Shown here: piece after piece, positions 40,660 to 55,450 of the stretch
Position numbering within the stretch: the first letter of the stretch is position 1
How the letters are laid out: every line of letters starts with the position of its first letter
Assembly (NCBI GenBank): GCA_964016885.1
Contig: OZ024743.1
Coordinates: 279,248,001-279,312,000, forward strand
Direction of reading: 5' to 3'
From: Eledone cirrhosa
Taxonomy: Eukaryota
Length of the DNA stretch: 64,000 nt
Made by a program: the position numbers and the translations under genes
Notes under the pieces: generated by a model
Told to the model about the DNA's origin: nothing
The model's input: only the letters and a program-made list of their open reading frames with translations
Database searches by the model: none

Positions 40660-40665
<6 letters not shown>
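39310..40665 (-). mobile_element. Decayed Penelope-like 3' fragment
   Basis: Eroded GIY-YIG-like peptides (VYLG, IAEH..CHSI, LKIYE..IINN) at 40170-40440; HHR 3' half GAAACGCGCGUC at ~39362-39373; 75-bp direct repeat at 39592 and 40590. Confidence 0.5.
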
Positions 40666-40716
<51 letters not shown>

Positions 40717-40754
40717 TACATCTGTGCGCTTATGTTAGTTGATATATTAAATTA

Positions 40755-40820
<66 letters not shown>

Positions 40821-40828
<8 letters not shown>

Positions 40829-41773
40829 CATTGTTTCTTCTAACTTTAATTTTATATCTAATTGTGTATGGTTGACGATATATTTAATCGATTTCCACAT
40901 GCTATTGACATGCTGGGTAAATATTCTATAGCGGCTGATCGCGTATAGATGGCTGTCGTTTATTTATCTGTTATTTCTTCATAGGTGCCTTTTAATCTTA
41001 TAGCCTGGTTTAATTGGTTTTTTGTGTGGTTGATTATGCTAATTGGGAGAAGAAATGGAGTATATATCTTATCAAATGATTCTATGGACATAATTTATAG
41101 TATATTGCTCTGTTTATTTAATTTATTAATTCATCATTGAGCCACATCGTGAATGGTTGCCAAAAATATATCTATGACTTTGACTAGTTTGTGTATATGT
41201 AAATGTTTATATTTGATAAACTCCCATAAGATTCAATTTAGGCAATATTAGGCTGCGCTTTCTAGCAACCAGCCCACTAGCCGTAAGGCACCAATCACAT
41301 TATTTCTGACTTGACCACTGCAACGTCACAGTTCTTAACCATTCTGAATTCGTTTCTAGCGGGGATCATTTAAGAAAAATCTTTGTCCAAGTGAGTTTGT
41401 TTCCTGATGAGTTCGAAGTTCGAGAATTTAACCTTGTTAGGATATCTCCGAAAGCGAATGAAACCCTAAAGAGTAGAAACGTAATCCTGGTATGTGTATA
41501 TGCATTTTTTCTTCTAACTTTAATTTTATACCTAATTGTGTATGGTTGACGATATATTTAATCGATTTCCGCATGCTATTGAAATGCTGGGTAAATATTC
41601 TATAGCGGCTGATCGCGTATAGATGGCTGTCCTTTATTTATTTATTATTTCTTCATAGTTGTCTTTTAATCTTATAGCCTGGGTTAATTGCCTTTTTGTG
41701 TGGTTGACTATGCTAATTGGGAGAGGAAATGGAGTATATATCTTATCAAATGATTCTATGGACGTAATTTATA

Positions 41774-41778
<5 letters not shown>
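40821..41778 (+). mobile_element. Partial tandem (1.4 copies) of a 674-bp HHR-bearing unit
   Basis: 40821-41105 is repeated at 41495-41778; two inverted copies of the last ~42 bp at 41833-41920. Confidence 0.88.
41398..41481 (+). ncRNA. Type I hammerhead ribozyme with extended stem II
   Basis: UGUUUC CUGAUGA GUUCG..CGAAU GAA ACCC uaaa GAGU A GAAACG; GUA site at 41473-41475; one stem III mismatch. Confidence 0.8.
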
Positions 41779-41835
<57 letters not shown>

Positions 41836-41911
41836 TATAAATTATGTCCATAGATTCATTTGATAAGATATATATATATACTATAAATTATGTCCATAGA
41901 TTCATTTGATA

Positions 41912-41981
<70 letters not shown>

Positions 41982-42009
41982 TTATATATATATATACTTA
42001 TATATATAT

Positions 42010-43122
42010 ATGAATAAAATGAGTCCTTCATCAGTGATCTTCCAACTTTCATTGGTATTTCATCGCTTTAAAAATCATATACCTCTAGATGGTGCGAGCA
42101 ATAACACAATAACGTGCGTGATTGGGACAAGTAAAATAGGGTGAAACGAACGAGAATGTAAACAAACAACGATGGTATTGCAACGGAAAGATAGGAAGAA
42201 ATAAGTACTTGACATCTGTAAGCTTAAGCTTGGTGAATTCATGGACGAGAGATACAGGCCATCCGACATGGGAGATATGTGAGCGAGAAAGGTTTTCACA
42301 CAGGTCAAACGGGAGGAAGTGAGAGAGGGGGAGAAGCAGAGAGTGAATGAGTCGAAGTGTGAAGAAGAGACCAGCCGAGAGAGAGTGTGACTGGCAAAGG
42401 GGGTAAAAAGAAGATGAGAGATACAGAGAGAGGGGAGGCAGTAAGAAAGAAACAGACAATCGCAGTTGAGGAAAAAATATAAATATGAGAAAAATGGAGA
42501 GCTGCGTGGTTCCACATGGGTTACATATGAATAAAATTAGTCCTTCATCGGTGATCTTCCAATTTCATTGGTATTTCATCGATTTAAAAATCATATACCT
42601 CTAGTTGGTGCGTGCAATAACACAATAAAGTTATTGGGACAAGTAAAATAGGGTGAAACGAACGAGACATGTAAACAAACAACGATGTTATTGCAACGGA
42701 AAGATATGAAAAAACAAGTACATGATGTCTGTAAACTTAAGCTTGGTGAATTCATGGACGAGAGATACAGACCATCCGACATGGGTGAGATGTGAGCGAG
42801 AAAAGGATTTCACACAGGTCAAACGGGAGAAAGTGAGAGAGAGGGAGAAGCAGAAATCGAGTGAGTGGAAGTATGAGGAAGAGACCAGCCGAGAAAGAGT
42901 GTGACTGGCAGAGGGGGTAAAAAGAATGTGAGAGATACAGAGAGAGGGGAAGCAGTAAAAAAGAAACAGACAATCGCAGCTGAGGATAAAATATAAATAT
43001 GAGAAAAATGGAGAACTGCGTGGTTGCGCATGGGTTACATATGGATAAAATGAGTCCTTCATCAGTGATCTTCCAACTTTCATTGGTATTTCAACGCTTT
43101 AAAAATCATATACCTCTAGTTG
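42010..43122 (-). repeat. Tandem ~515-bp unit, 2.2 copies, pLTR-like
   Basis: Unit starts at 42011, 42528 and 43042; TA flanks. Confidence 0.88.
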
Positions 43123-43139
43123 ATATATATATTCACCCA

Positions 43140-43310
43140 TCAACCATGGATAGGAAGAAGAAGACCAAGGTTAACATATGTTGGTTCCCTGAGGACAAAA
43201 ACTGGTCTCTTAGAGACGCAAGACATGACAACGATAATGAGGGACAGAGATCTCTGGAGAGAACTCATCCATGGTTCTCGGAAATTTTACCCGCCCTAGA
43301 TAGATAGATA
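43140..43310 (+). mobile_element. 3' end fragment of the LINE family at 10245-13012
   Basis: Homologous to 12850-13010; (TAGA)n tail. Confidence 0.85.
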
Positions 43311-43927
43311 TATAAATATAAACTGTGCGATAAAACTTGAGGTGTCGGGTATATGAATTTATGCTCGTTTCCATGTAAACATGTCAAACATACGCATTAT
43401 TTATAAATTGAAAAAAGATAAAAAAACAATTTAATGCATTTTTGAACCTATGTAGTTCCATCATTAGATATTACGTAATCGGGCGCCTATATACCCTATC
43501 ATTTGGAGCTGTAACCTGAAATAAACTTACTAATTTGCACATTATTAGCGTTCTTATTGGTAGATTGATGTAACCGAGGCTACTTAATAGTGTTTACAAA
43601 TGTATACAATTTAAGTACATCGATAAGCAAACAGCCCAAATACAACGTATTTCCATGTAATGTAAAAAGTGCTAAAAAACGAATAATCGATTATCTTAGA
43701 ACCATCATCAGAGGTTGCGTTTATCATTGAAAATAAGTCATGCGTAAAGGGAGGGTTTAGGTACGTATATTTTTCATGCTTATATTTTTATATATTAAAA
43801 TTGCGTATCTCTATTCCGTTATCTCTATTCTGTAGTTATACAGATACAACTTCACACACACATACATACATGCAAACACACACACACACACACACACACA
43901 TACACACACACACACACACAGAGACTC

Positions 43928-44040
<113 letters not shown>

Positions 44041-44089
44041 CGTGTGTGTATCAGTATATAAATAATATATGTGTATATATATATATATA

Positions 44090-44482
44090 CGAGGGTAATC
44101 CCAAATGTAAGGTCTCCAAAGCGATGGGGACGCAGAGAAACTGTTCGTACGGCTGTTGGCAACACTGTTGTGATTTTTTCTTCCTTCACTCCCAAACAAG
44201 CATGTGCGCGCTTCCCTGGGATGCTCAATCTTGGCTTGGCAACCGTTGAGAATGGATCTCTCGTTGAACGCTAACGCCAAATGCGAATTTCGCGCAGTTA
44301 TTATATAGAGGGCAATCCCAAAAGTAAGGTCTCCTTCCGAGGAAAACATGCGTAAAGTTCGGCGGATCACTCTGGATGCTCTCTGCATTTTGCTTCCTGG
44401 GGTTTCACGAAGCACCATCCACAGGATTTTAACGGAAAAGTTGCAATATCGGAAGGAGACCTTACTTTTGGGATTGCCCTCG
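44090..44482 (+). mobile_element. Mariner deletion derivative with three TIRs
   Basis: TA|cgagggtaatcccaaatgtaaggtctcc...ggagaccttacttttgggattgccctcg|TA; extra left TIR at 44308; RRITL...GVSRSTIHRILTEKLQYRK HTH. Confidence 0.9.
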
Positions 44483-44502
44483 TATATACATATATATATA
44501 TA

Positions 44503-44675
44503 TGTACAATCTGGACACACTCCAGATACATATTTGTGCACAGGTATACAATTTCTGGACACACTCCAGATACATGTGTACAATTTGTACACAAGTATAC
44601 AATTTGTGCACAGGTGTTCCAATACGGCAAGGCCTAATGGATTACCCTTGCAGTACGTACAATCTGGACACACTC
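44503..44675. repeat. Short minisatellite-like duplications
   Basis: tacaatctggacacactccagatac and tgtgcacagg are repeated. Confidence 0.75.
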
Positions 44676-44952
44676 ACACACACCTTGGTATTATGCCAAT
44701 ACTATATATCATTTCACACCTTTTATTAGTAAGGTTTTTGATGTTCTATTGAGAGAATCGATTTCACTGAAAATATCGAATAATGTACACCATTTCACCA
44801 GTACCACAAAAATAATTACTGGTTTACCCACACACACACTCACATTCTCACAAACACACATACACGTGTGTGTATGCGCACACACACACGTGTATGCGCA
44901 CACACGCACTTATATACACACACACATACACACGCGTACATTAACATACAAA

Positions 44953-45036
<84 letters not shown>

Positions 45037-45155
45037 AACACACACTTCTCCGTATAAGACAAGAGCTGAAAAATATATTTTAACATGTTAAAATATCCCC
45101 ACACACTTACAGACACATTCCTACTGACCATCCCTCTACCACGAATTACTCTGCT

Positions 45156-45186
<31 letters not shown>

Positions 45187-45666
45187 TCTTAATAGGCATT
45201 TGAACTGTCAACAGGCTGCGGTTCGCACACACATCCCTGCTGACCATTATCACAACAACGAACCTCTTTACTACTACTACACACACACATATTTGTTTTG
45301 AAAGACTTATTTCTCAGTGACTTCTCAATCAGCCGACACAAACCTACATTTGGCGCAAAATCAATTTTTAACATTCACATGACCACAAGAATTTTTGCAG
45401 CACGAATTGGCGGAAAACTTATTTTAAAACCGCTGGAGCCACTTTTTTAACATAAAAACATGTAGAATTCCCAAAACTAATCAGATCAGAGCAAACATCA
45501 CGGACGCTCTATCTCAAAATTATTTTTGACGAGCATTAGAAATGCGCAACCGGTAAAACTTAAAACCAAAACTGAATACTAACCAATATAATTACTAATT
45601 CTCACTTATTCCTAATTAAACTATTTTTCACTGTGAACAATTTGTCAGCATTTTCTTTTCCGTTTA

Positions 45667-45715
<49 letters not shown>

Positions 45716-46299
45716 TAATACAATAACAGTGAAAGCTTTACGCTAAACTCCGACTGGTAACCATCTCACTCAACAAACATTAGGTTATACGTTAGTATAA
45801 ACCCAATTTAGTGTCTGGGGTGCTAACTATATGTATTTTGTGGAAAGCCAGTTGTATTATTTTATATGAGATATAATTAAAATTAAAATATATCTCTCTT
45901 TCCAAACAATTGTTTCATTATAAGTATTCTACAAGTTGGGAGAATATTTCCAGTTTATGTAGAAGCCTAATATATTTTCATGTAAGAATACAATTAGGTG
46001 GGCACTTATAAATCGTCAGTGGAAGCCCATTAAACTTTGATATAAGAAAAATTTCTTACCGCAGTTAATTTTCGTGTCTGCAAATTTGTCCCTTCACGCA
46101 TCGAATGACCGCCAAATTTGAAATTCCAGCAGTCCTTTGACTGAGAAAGTATCATAGCGTCATGAAGCGGGAAAGGGAGACAATCACGAGTCACGAGAAA
46201 AGAAAAATAATATACACGTGGGTTAATTAGTTTTTTCAAAAACATTATCAAATATGTATGTATATATATATATGAGTGTAGATATCTATATATAAACAA

Positions 46300-46349
<50 letters not shown>

Positions 46350-46371
46350 GAGACGTATAGAGATTGTTTTA

Positions 46372-46417
<46 letters not shown>

Positions 46418-47164
46418 GTGTGTGTGTGCATGTATGTGTGTGTGTGTGTGTGTGTTTGTGCGGGTGTATCTGTCTGTCTGTTTTTGTGTGTCTGTGTCTG
46501 TGTGTGTGTATTTATATTTATATATTCCTCAGATTAAATATTTTTCTATAAACACTTGTTTTTCAGTTTTTATATTTCAAACAAACCGACCATTTTCTCA
46601 AACGTCAAGCAAATTCCACCCCAGGAATGGTCAATAGAATTCATCATCTTATTTACAGAACCAACTTTATTTTGGAGAGTATTTCATATTTGTCCAACTG
46701 AGCGAGTTACGCTTACCTTCATAAATACAGAAGTTATTTATATGTAACATTTATTTGGTGTACACTGCCGTTAGCTATTGTGCATTCATAACATCGTGAA
46801 TTGTTATATGTTTATGTAAGTATGTATTTATATATGTATTTATATATCTGTGTATGGATATATATATATCCATACACACATATATATATATGTGTGTGTG
46901 TACTTAATAAATAGACACACTTTCAGGCATATGTAGAATTATACAAAAAATGTATATACTCATATATAAGAACAACAGTGTTTGTGGTGGTTGTGATATA
47001 ATCATGTACACACATAGACACACACAGAGAAATACACGTAAACATACAAACCCATATATATGTGTGCGTTTGAATGTGTGTGTTTGAGTGCCTGTGGTTT
47101 TGTGTTTAAGCAAATATGCGTATCCCTCACCTCTCTCTCTCACTCTCACACTCTCCGACACACA

Positions 47165-47227
<63 letters not shown>

Positions 47228-47367
47228 CATACACACACACACACACATATATATATATATGTGTGTGTGTGTCTGTGACTGTGTCTGTGTCTGTGTGCGT
47301 GTGTATGTTTCTGTGTGAGTGTATATATGCAGGTATATTTACACACACACACGAACACACACACACG

Positions 47368-47458
<91 letters not shown>

Positions 47459-47469
47459 ACACACACGCG

Positions 47470-47509
<40 letters not shown>

Positions 47510-47768
47510 GGAGTGCGTGCAGGTCAGTGGTATTACGAGTGAATATTAAGTAAACAGAAGATTATCTTCACGTGCATAAATATGAGATTTCTATAAGTCA
47601 GAACCTCTCATATAGGTCCACCATAGAATCTTTCCCTATGATTCAACAACGGGGTGGCTATTATATGGCGATAATTATTTAAGGCTAAACGGAGTTTGTG
47701 TAGCGCTTTCAAAATACAAGTTTATGTATGTATCTATGCATACCTTTATGTATGTTTATACGCCTTCC

Positions 47769-47843
<75 letters not shown>

Positions 47844-47942
47844 GAAAAAGAACAAACAAACATAGGAGGCAGTTGTATACAGTAATGTTATGTTCAGGCT
47901 TGGTGGAAGTGAACATATATGTATTTATATTTATATGTATGC

Positions 47943-48000
<58 letters not shown>

Positions 48001-48676
48001 CAGTGTGTAATGACCAACAATACTAGTCATTTTCTATCTATATAACATGTTTGTCAGCTCATCAATCGTGTCTTAGTAGTTTATGTTGTGCTGATCAAGT
48101 CCAACCGAAATATATCTTACTTGTAAAATAAAATAACATAAAAATGCATTTTGTGAAATTAATGCTTCATTTCTTGAAGTTATACCGTTATTTTCTTTTC
48201 TCGGGAAAGGGAAATTTCAAGCGATTGCCGTATTTGTTCGCCTATTAGACGTTCCCTCGTTTCACAAGAACATGTTGAGGAAAAAAAAAAGAATTCTAGT
48301 ACATTATTTCCTTGTTAACTTTTTTTCAGAAACATTTCTACATAATTTTGCATTTATAAATTGTATTGGACTACAGCATTAGTAATACTAACAGTGATAC
48401 AAACTAATGTTGTTTAGGCATAATTGTCCTCACCCTCTGTCGGTTTGCCATCGGTTATAAGGGCGTATTAGACACAGGGAAGATTTGTTAGATTTGTTTA
48501 CCAATAGGCAGGCAAATACAGTATGTGGTATGTTATTGAGTACATCACTCCAAGCTTATATATATTACATCTGCTACAATTTGAACATTTCGATGATTTA
48601 GAAACATGTGCAATCGTATTTAAATTTAGTTTGTCTTTTCTTATTTTCCTGCAGTTTATCTGTCTATCACTACCTT

Positions 48677-48708
48677 CTGAAGATGGGCGTGGCCCGAAAC
48701 ATTATGTA
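48677..48708 (+). ncRNA. Hammerhead core with lost stem I
   Basis: CUGAAGA U GGGC gug GCCC GAAAC; flanks do not pair. Confidence 0.45.
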
Positions 48709-48838
48709 TTAATATTTTTTCACATACCCTCTGATCATATACTCAAATATTCCGCCTTAAAGTTGTTTTTGTTTTACTGCTGTCTCGTTCACACACGCAC
48801 AAATCTATGCATACATACATACGTACATAAATATCTAC

Positions 48839-48839
<1 letters not shown>

Positions 48840-48904
<65 letters not shown>

Positions 48905-48908
48905 GTAG

Positions 48909-48957
<49 letters not shown>

Positions 48958-49029
48958 TATATATATATCATATATATATATATCATATATATATATCATA
49001 TATACATATATATCATATATATATATATC

Positions 49030-49122
<93 letters not shown>
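48840..49122. repeat. (TA)n-rich microsatellite
   Basis: Directly visible. Confidence 0.97.
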
Positions 49123-49127
<5 letters not shown>

Positions 49128-49483
49128 TTCAAGGGTTAGATATTGACTAGACAATGGTATCCATATAATATGAGAGTTTGTACCAGTGTATAGGCGCAAT
49201 GACACAAGAAGATCTGAGAGTAAAGTTGTAAGAAGATCGATTCTTACTATCCATGTGAAACTAATAATACTTTTTGTACCTCTGTTTGTTGTCTCCTTGA
49301 ACTATATACATAGATGCTTTGCCAAAGAGAAATCGGATAGCAAGTCAAAGAGCTTACATAGATGGTCAAATTCTGATTATATTCAAATCGGATAGCAAGA
49401 AAAAAGAATTGTTTATTCCGAAATTTCAATATTTAAAAAATGTATATATTAATAGATTTACGCTTGATATAGTAGGAAAAATC

Positions 49484-49519
49484 TCTTAACGTTTCAGGCG
49501 CTAGTTCTTCGTCAGAAAA
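49484..49519 (-). ncRNA. Degenerate minimal hammerhead
   Basis: UUUU CUGACGA A GAAC uagc GCCU GAAACGUU AAGA; palindromic AACGUU; stem II has two A.C mismatches. Confidence 0.45.
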
Positions 49520-50123
49520 CAGAATGAGTATTTTAAAAAAATCAAATATTGAGGATACTTGGCAATGGCAGAAACAAGAAAAATTTCTAGAGAAAAACAG
49601 ATCTATTCACATCGCCATTTCTTGCACATTTACTCATATTGTGCATGTAGGGAGAGTCGTAAAACGTTAACACGACAATGCTTTAATTTTAAGTATTTAG
49701 CAACATCTGTTTTGGTATACGTATGTTAATAGCATGTTGTATGCAAATATCCTAAAGACGCGAGTTTGTATTTTTGTGACATTGAAATTTCTCCCTGCTC
49801 CTAGCGACACTGATATGAATTGTGGCCGATTCGCAATTTTATTCATGTTGTGAGACCATTCCATTGCTTTAGAAATAATGTATTAATAAATAGTACAGAT
49901 ATTCTGGTTTTATCCAGAAAACATAAACATTTATGAGGTAATATCTTGCATTTTTTTATATTTTAGTATGGATGTGATTTATGTTTACCATGAATATGTT
50001 TTGTATGTTGGTTTCTGTGGGGAAAATATAGACAAGAAAATGAGTCATTCAAATTGATTTTGAAGTTCTGGGATCGTAAAACTGGATGTATAATTATACA
50101 AAGACTTTTGGTGTTGTAACATA

Positions 50124-50301
50124 CGAGGGTCGGCTGAAAAATTCATAGGCTTACTTTGAAGTCTTGCATGCTTTAATGTCAACTCTTACTAACAACTGCA
50201 TTGTTTCTTTCCATTGTTTCTTTCTTATTGAAAGATAAACCCTATATGATTATTCCTTGAGAGTACCTTGGTCAACCTATCAACATATATACCGACCCTC
50301 G
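50124..50301 (+). mobile_element. Mariner-type MITE
   Basis: TA|cgagggtcgg...ccgaccctcg|TA. Confidence 0.8.
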
Positions 50302-50907
50302 TAGAAAGTAGTATGTATTATTTCAGCGGAGAAAATTTGAGAGGTAGATTGGGTAGACCGGGTGTTCCATAACTAGCTTAAAAACACTTGTAGTAATACT
50401 AGAGACTGAGAAATGCAATTAATGTATCTTAGCTTGTGCTTTTACACCGGCGGGGATGAAATGTTGCTAACAAACTGAGTGAACATATTTTGGATATATT
50501 CTGGTATGTAAATGCGTGTAGCACCAGCACCATCTCGGGGATGACAGATGTTGCTGTTATTTAGAATTATACTGCAGCTGTTTCAATCTAAGATTGATAG
50601 AATTTCTAGTCCATAATTTGATCATATCGTGTAAACTTCTGATGTAGGTTATTAGAGATCACGAACATTCATAAATTGTGTTAAGGCATAGTGTACATGA
50701 ACAACATTATCAAGTGTTTATTCTTTCTAAATAATATTGAAGTCTATCAGGGGTATTTCGGCGTTATTTCTTTCTATTCCTGTTGTTAATTATATATGCC
50801 GTAAGATCTATATGACTAATGTTGTTGTGGTTTAACCCCAAATCAAACCCACCCCTGGTCAAATGATTCCATATCATTTCTTTCGACTATATAGAACACC
50901 AGTACCA

Positions 50908-51450
50908 AGAACACGAGTACCAGCGCAATCGCCAAAGCACAGCTCCATTCATAATACAACTACCACCATCACTAACACAAGCGGAAGCAAGAACAAGAAA
51001 AACAAGCATACATAAATAACTATATATGACTACGTTGCCAAATATGTTGTCTACATTTTAAGTTTCGATTATGGTGATATAACTACTAATTCTTGTAGGT
51101 TGTCCGTCAGCGTAGTTACACCTGCTCTTTCACAGAGAAGTTTTTGTTATACATTAGGCAAGTCATATTGATGTTAATTAGTGTTATTACAAACACCACT
51201 TCATTATTATCGTCACCATCATCATCTGCTTCGTCATCGCCATCATCAACAGACACCACCATCATCATCATCATCATAATCATCACTATCATCTGCATTA
51301 TTGTCATATTCATTGACATACTCAATCAGTAAAGACCATCACTGCAACAACCACTATAACCCTATTCCTACCACTACCAAGAACACCAGTACCAGCGCAA
51401 TCACCAAAGCACAGCTCTATTCATAATACAACTACTACCATCACTAACAC
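50908..51450. repeat. ~70-bp direct repeat spaced ~470 bp apart
   Basis: agtaccagcgcaatc.ccaaagcacagctc.attcataatacaactac occurs twice. Confidence 0.75.
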
Positions 51451-52570
51451 CCCCACCTTCCCTTGTACGTCACCACTACTAATACAGACACAAGCAAGAA
51501 CAAAAAAAAAAAATAACATATATAATTAACTAGAAACTCTACCATCACCAGCAGAAATGCCTACAAACACTACAACTATCTCCCCCAAACATCTATTGTA
51601 TTTTCTTCATTCATATCCGTGACCCTTCCTACTCGGCCAGTGCCAACTTCATTCATAGAGTTCAAATATTCATTCTGATGATTGCATACGCATACACCAT
51701 GGCACTTCTACCCTCACCTATTCTCTATCTGTCTTTCACTCTTTTTGTCGCTCTACACACTCTCTAACTCTCTCACTTTCTTTCGCAACAACACTCACCA
51801 ATTTTACTACAACAGTAGTTGATCAAACTATTAACATAGGTTATAAATATTTCAAACGTAAAAAAATCAAAAAATTCGATTCCTTCTTTTGTTGCTGGAA
51901 TTTTTTCTTTTTGTGTGAGCTGGGGCGATGGAGTTGTACAGTTTGATTTTTATTGATTTTTTTGTTGATTTTAATTTGTTTTGTTTTTGTTCTTTTATTT
52001 TATCTTGGTATATTTTGATATATTCTGAAATTTGTAGTTCATATTTCCGATTATTCTTGCTTTCAATTTTTGGTCATATTTTTCTTTTTATGTTTTGTTA
52101 TATATATATATATGAATAAATATAGAAATAACTTAAATAAGGCGCAGACTAACAAAAGGGAAGATCGCAGTGAAGGTTTTTAAAATAAAGAAAATTCACA
52201 AGCATCTCACTTTAAGGGTAGACTACTTGTTAAGCTTGAGGGCTCAACAAATGTTCCTCTTATTGCAGTTTCATGAGCAAAAGAACAGAATTGACCACTA
52301 CAATAAATAAATAAATTAATTAAATGATTAATTATCTATATTAATCTATCTATATATATGTGTGTGTGTATGTATGAGCGTGTGTTTGTGTGTGTGTGTG
52401 TATTCATATATATGTGTGTGTGTGTATTTAATATTCTTTTGATAATTTGTTTTATATATACACATATATATTCGTATGTGTATGTGTTTGTGTGTATTCT
52501 TTTTATTTTCCTTTATTCTCATAACTTTTTATGGGCGTTTCATGTACTCCAAACTCCAATTGATGTGATA

Positions 52571-52614
<44 letters not shown>

Positions 52615-52619
52615 CATAC

Positions 52620-52710
<91 letters not shown>

Positions 52711-53063
52711 TGTATGAGTACATATATAAAATCTATATATTTCAAGATTTCATGTAAATGAAACGGTTCTAGTCGTATAGAAATCATTTCTATGTAAAAT
52801 AAAAATGCTTAGTCAACAAACATATTGAGTAGCTTCTTTAAACATGGGCACCTCACGATTCCTTTAAGAAACATTGGTAATTTTTTAAAGTTTGAGATAT
52901 GTACGTCCTAATGCAAATAAACATAATAATAATAATAATGTATTTTCCAGCTCCAGGATTCTTTATACGCTTTCTTAAGTATTATTTACAGTAACAGCCT
53001 ATTGAGTTTAACTATTTACGTATGTATATAAACAGACAGACATACGCACATACATACGCATGC

Positions 53064-53121
<58 letters not shown>

Positions 53122-53858
53122 CCCGGGTTCAATCGGGGACAACCACAGTAAGTAAGGCACTCAATACATAGCAGAGTATAAATATTTAATATAGATATGG
53201 CTTCTACAGGACTAGAACTTCTTACATTCGAAGGAAATAGTGCTAGTCTTGTAGAAGACATTTCTATATTATATATACATATATATATATATATGTATGT
53301 AGGTATGTATGTATGGATGTATTTATGTATGTATGTATATTTGTGTGTGTGTGTGTGTGTGTATCTATATACACTCAGACATTATAATAGAATTTCATTT
53401 TGATAATTGTTCATATAACAGCTATTTCTTCTTCAAATTCTAATTCATTTTCGTTGCATCTTTACAACCTATTTTCCTTCCATCTTTTCTCTATTAGTTC
53501 TTCTCCTCGTCCCCTGCAAATAAGTAAAAAATATTATAAAAACGATCCACTAAATATATTGTGAATATAAAAATATAAAATAAAAGGAAATGCAAAACAC
53601 TAAATAAATAAAGAGAACTTGAAAAAAAAGATGAAAGGAAACAATGATTGCTTTGTAATCATTTGCTATTATGATGAATGGGCTTAGATAATATGGCACA
53701 TACACTTATATAGAGGCGGTGGCGGGTACATACATAGATATTCGAACACACGCGCTCACACACATACACAGACATCACACACAGATACAACCTCCACATA
53801 TATATATATATATATATATGTATACATATGTGTATATATATATGTATACATATGTGTG

Positions 53859-53896
<38 letters not shown>

Positions 53897-54215
53897 AGTA
53901 TATATATATATATATATATATATATACGTATAAGTATATATACATATAAGTAAATATATATATATAATGTACATATATATATATATATATATGTGTGTGT
54001 GTATGTATACATTTATATAAGTATATATATGTGTGTGTGCATGTGTGTGTATATATATATATATATATGTGTGTGTGTATGTATACATTTATATAAGTAT
54101 ATATATGTGTGTGTGTACATGTGTGTGTGTGTGCGTATGTATACATTTATATAAGTATATATATGTGTGTGTGTGCATGTGTGTGTGTGTATGTGTATAT
54201 ATATATGTATGCAGC

Positions 54216-54260
<45 letters not shown>

Positions 54261-54703
54261 CATTCATGTAGTCACGCACCCAACAGAAGTGATAAAAATG
54301 AACAAGGAGGGATTTCATATGAGATATATATATATATATAGATTCACTCGTTAGCAGTAAAATGTTAAAACACTTATAACTTATGGCTAGGTGCATGAGG
54401 GTATACAAACTAACGTGTTTATCCACTTGTACATATGCACTTATCAATGTGTCTGTTTGTATGTGTAGATATGTGTTAGTGTTTCTGTATGTTTTACATT
54501 TATGTAGAGTTATTTTCTCTTATTTACATAATTATGACTACTCTCGTGTATACGTATTTGCGTTTTAAGTAATCTTGCTCTATTTGCAAGTTTGCAGTAC
54601 ACAGAGTTACACACATGGACACACACACACACACATATATATATATACATGTATATACATTAAATATATAGATATATAAATATATATATATATATATAGA
54701 TAT

Positions 54704-54833
<130 letters not shown>

Positions 54834-54855
54834 GTATATATATATATACATTTAC

Positions 54856-54896
<41 letters not shown>

Positions 54897-55308
54897 TAAA
54901 TGGATAGATAGATAGATACATATGTGAATCTATATATATGCATATATATGTAGTATTGTGTGCTCGTGTAATACTATGGAAAGTTACTACTAGGAGAAGG
55001 AGAACTCAATATATGTGTAGAATTCATAATTTGTTTTGGAAAAATGTAAGGTACAATTCCTTGCATTAACTGACCAGTTTAGCATATAGGTATATGTCTC
55101 TGTGGGTATGTGAGTGTGTGTGTGGGGGGGGGGGGGGGGTATGTGTGTGTACAGAGTATGTGGTTCTGAGAGCGTGCACACCACAAATCATGGGAGTACT
55201 CAATGCATTGAGAAAATGCAGACTGGAAATAGAGGGAGTTATGAACACAAACCACCGCTTGGCGTCGCGCTCGGGTTCATACATCTCTCTCTCTCTCTCT
55301 CACTCTCA

Positions 55309-55359
<51 letters not shown>

Positions 55360-55386
55360 TCTCTCACTATCTCTTTCTCTCTCTCT

Positions 55387-55450
<64 letters not shown>

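Noticed and set aside
43684-43716. Minus-strand CUGAUGAU GGUU..AAUC
   Set aside because: GAAA is replaced by GAUU and there is no stem I
44503-44675. CRISPR-like repeat spacing
   Set aside because: Irregular duplications with no unique spacers, in a eukaryotic context
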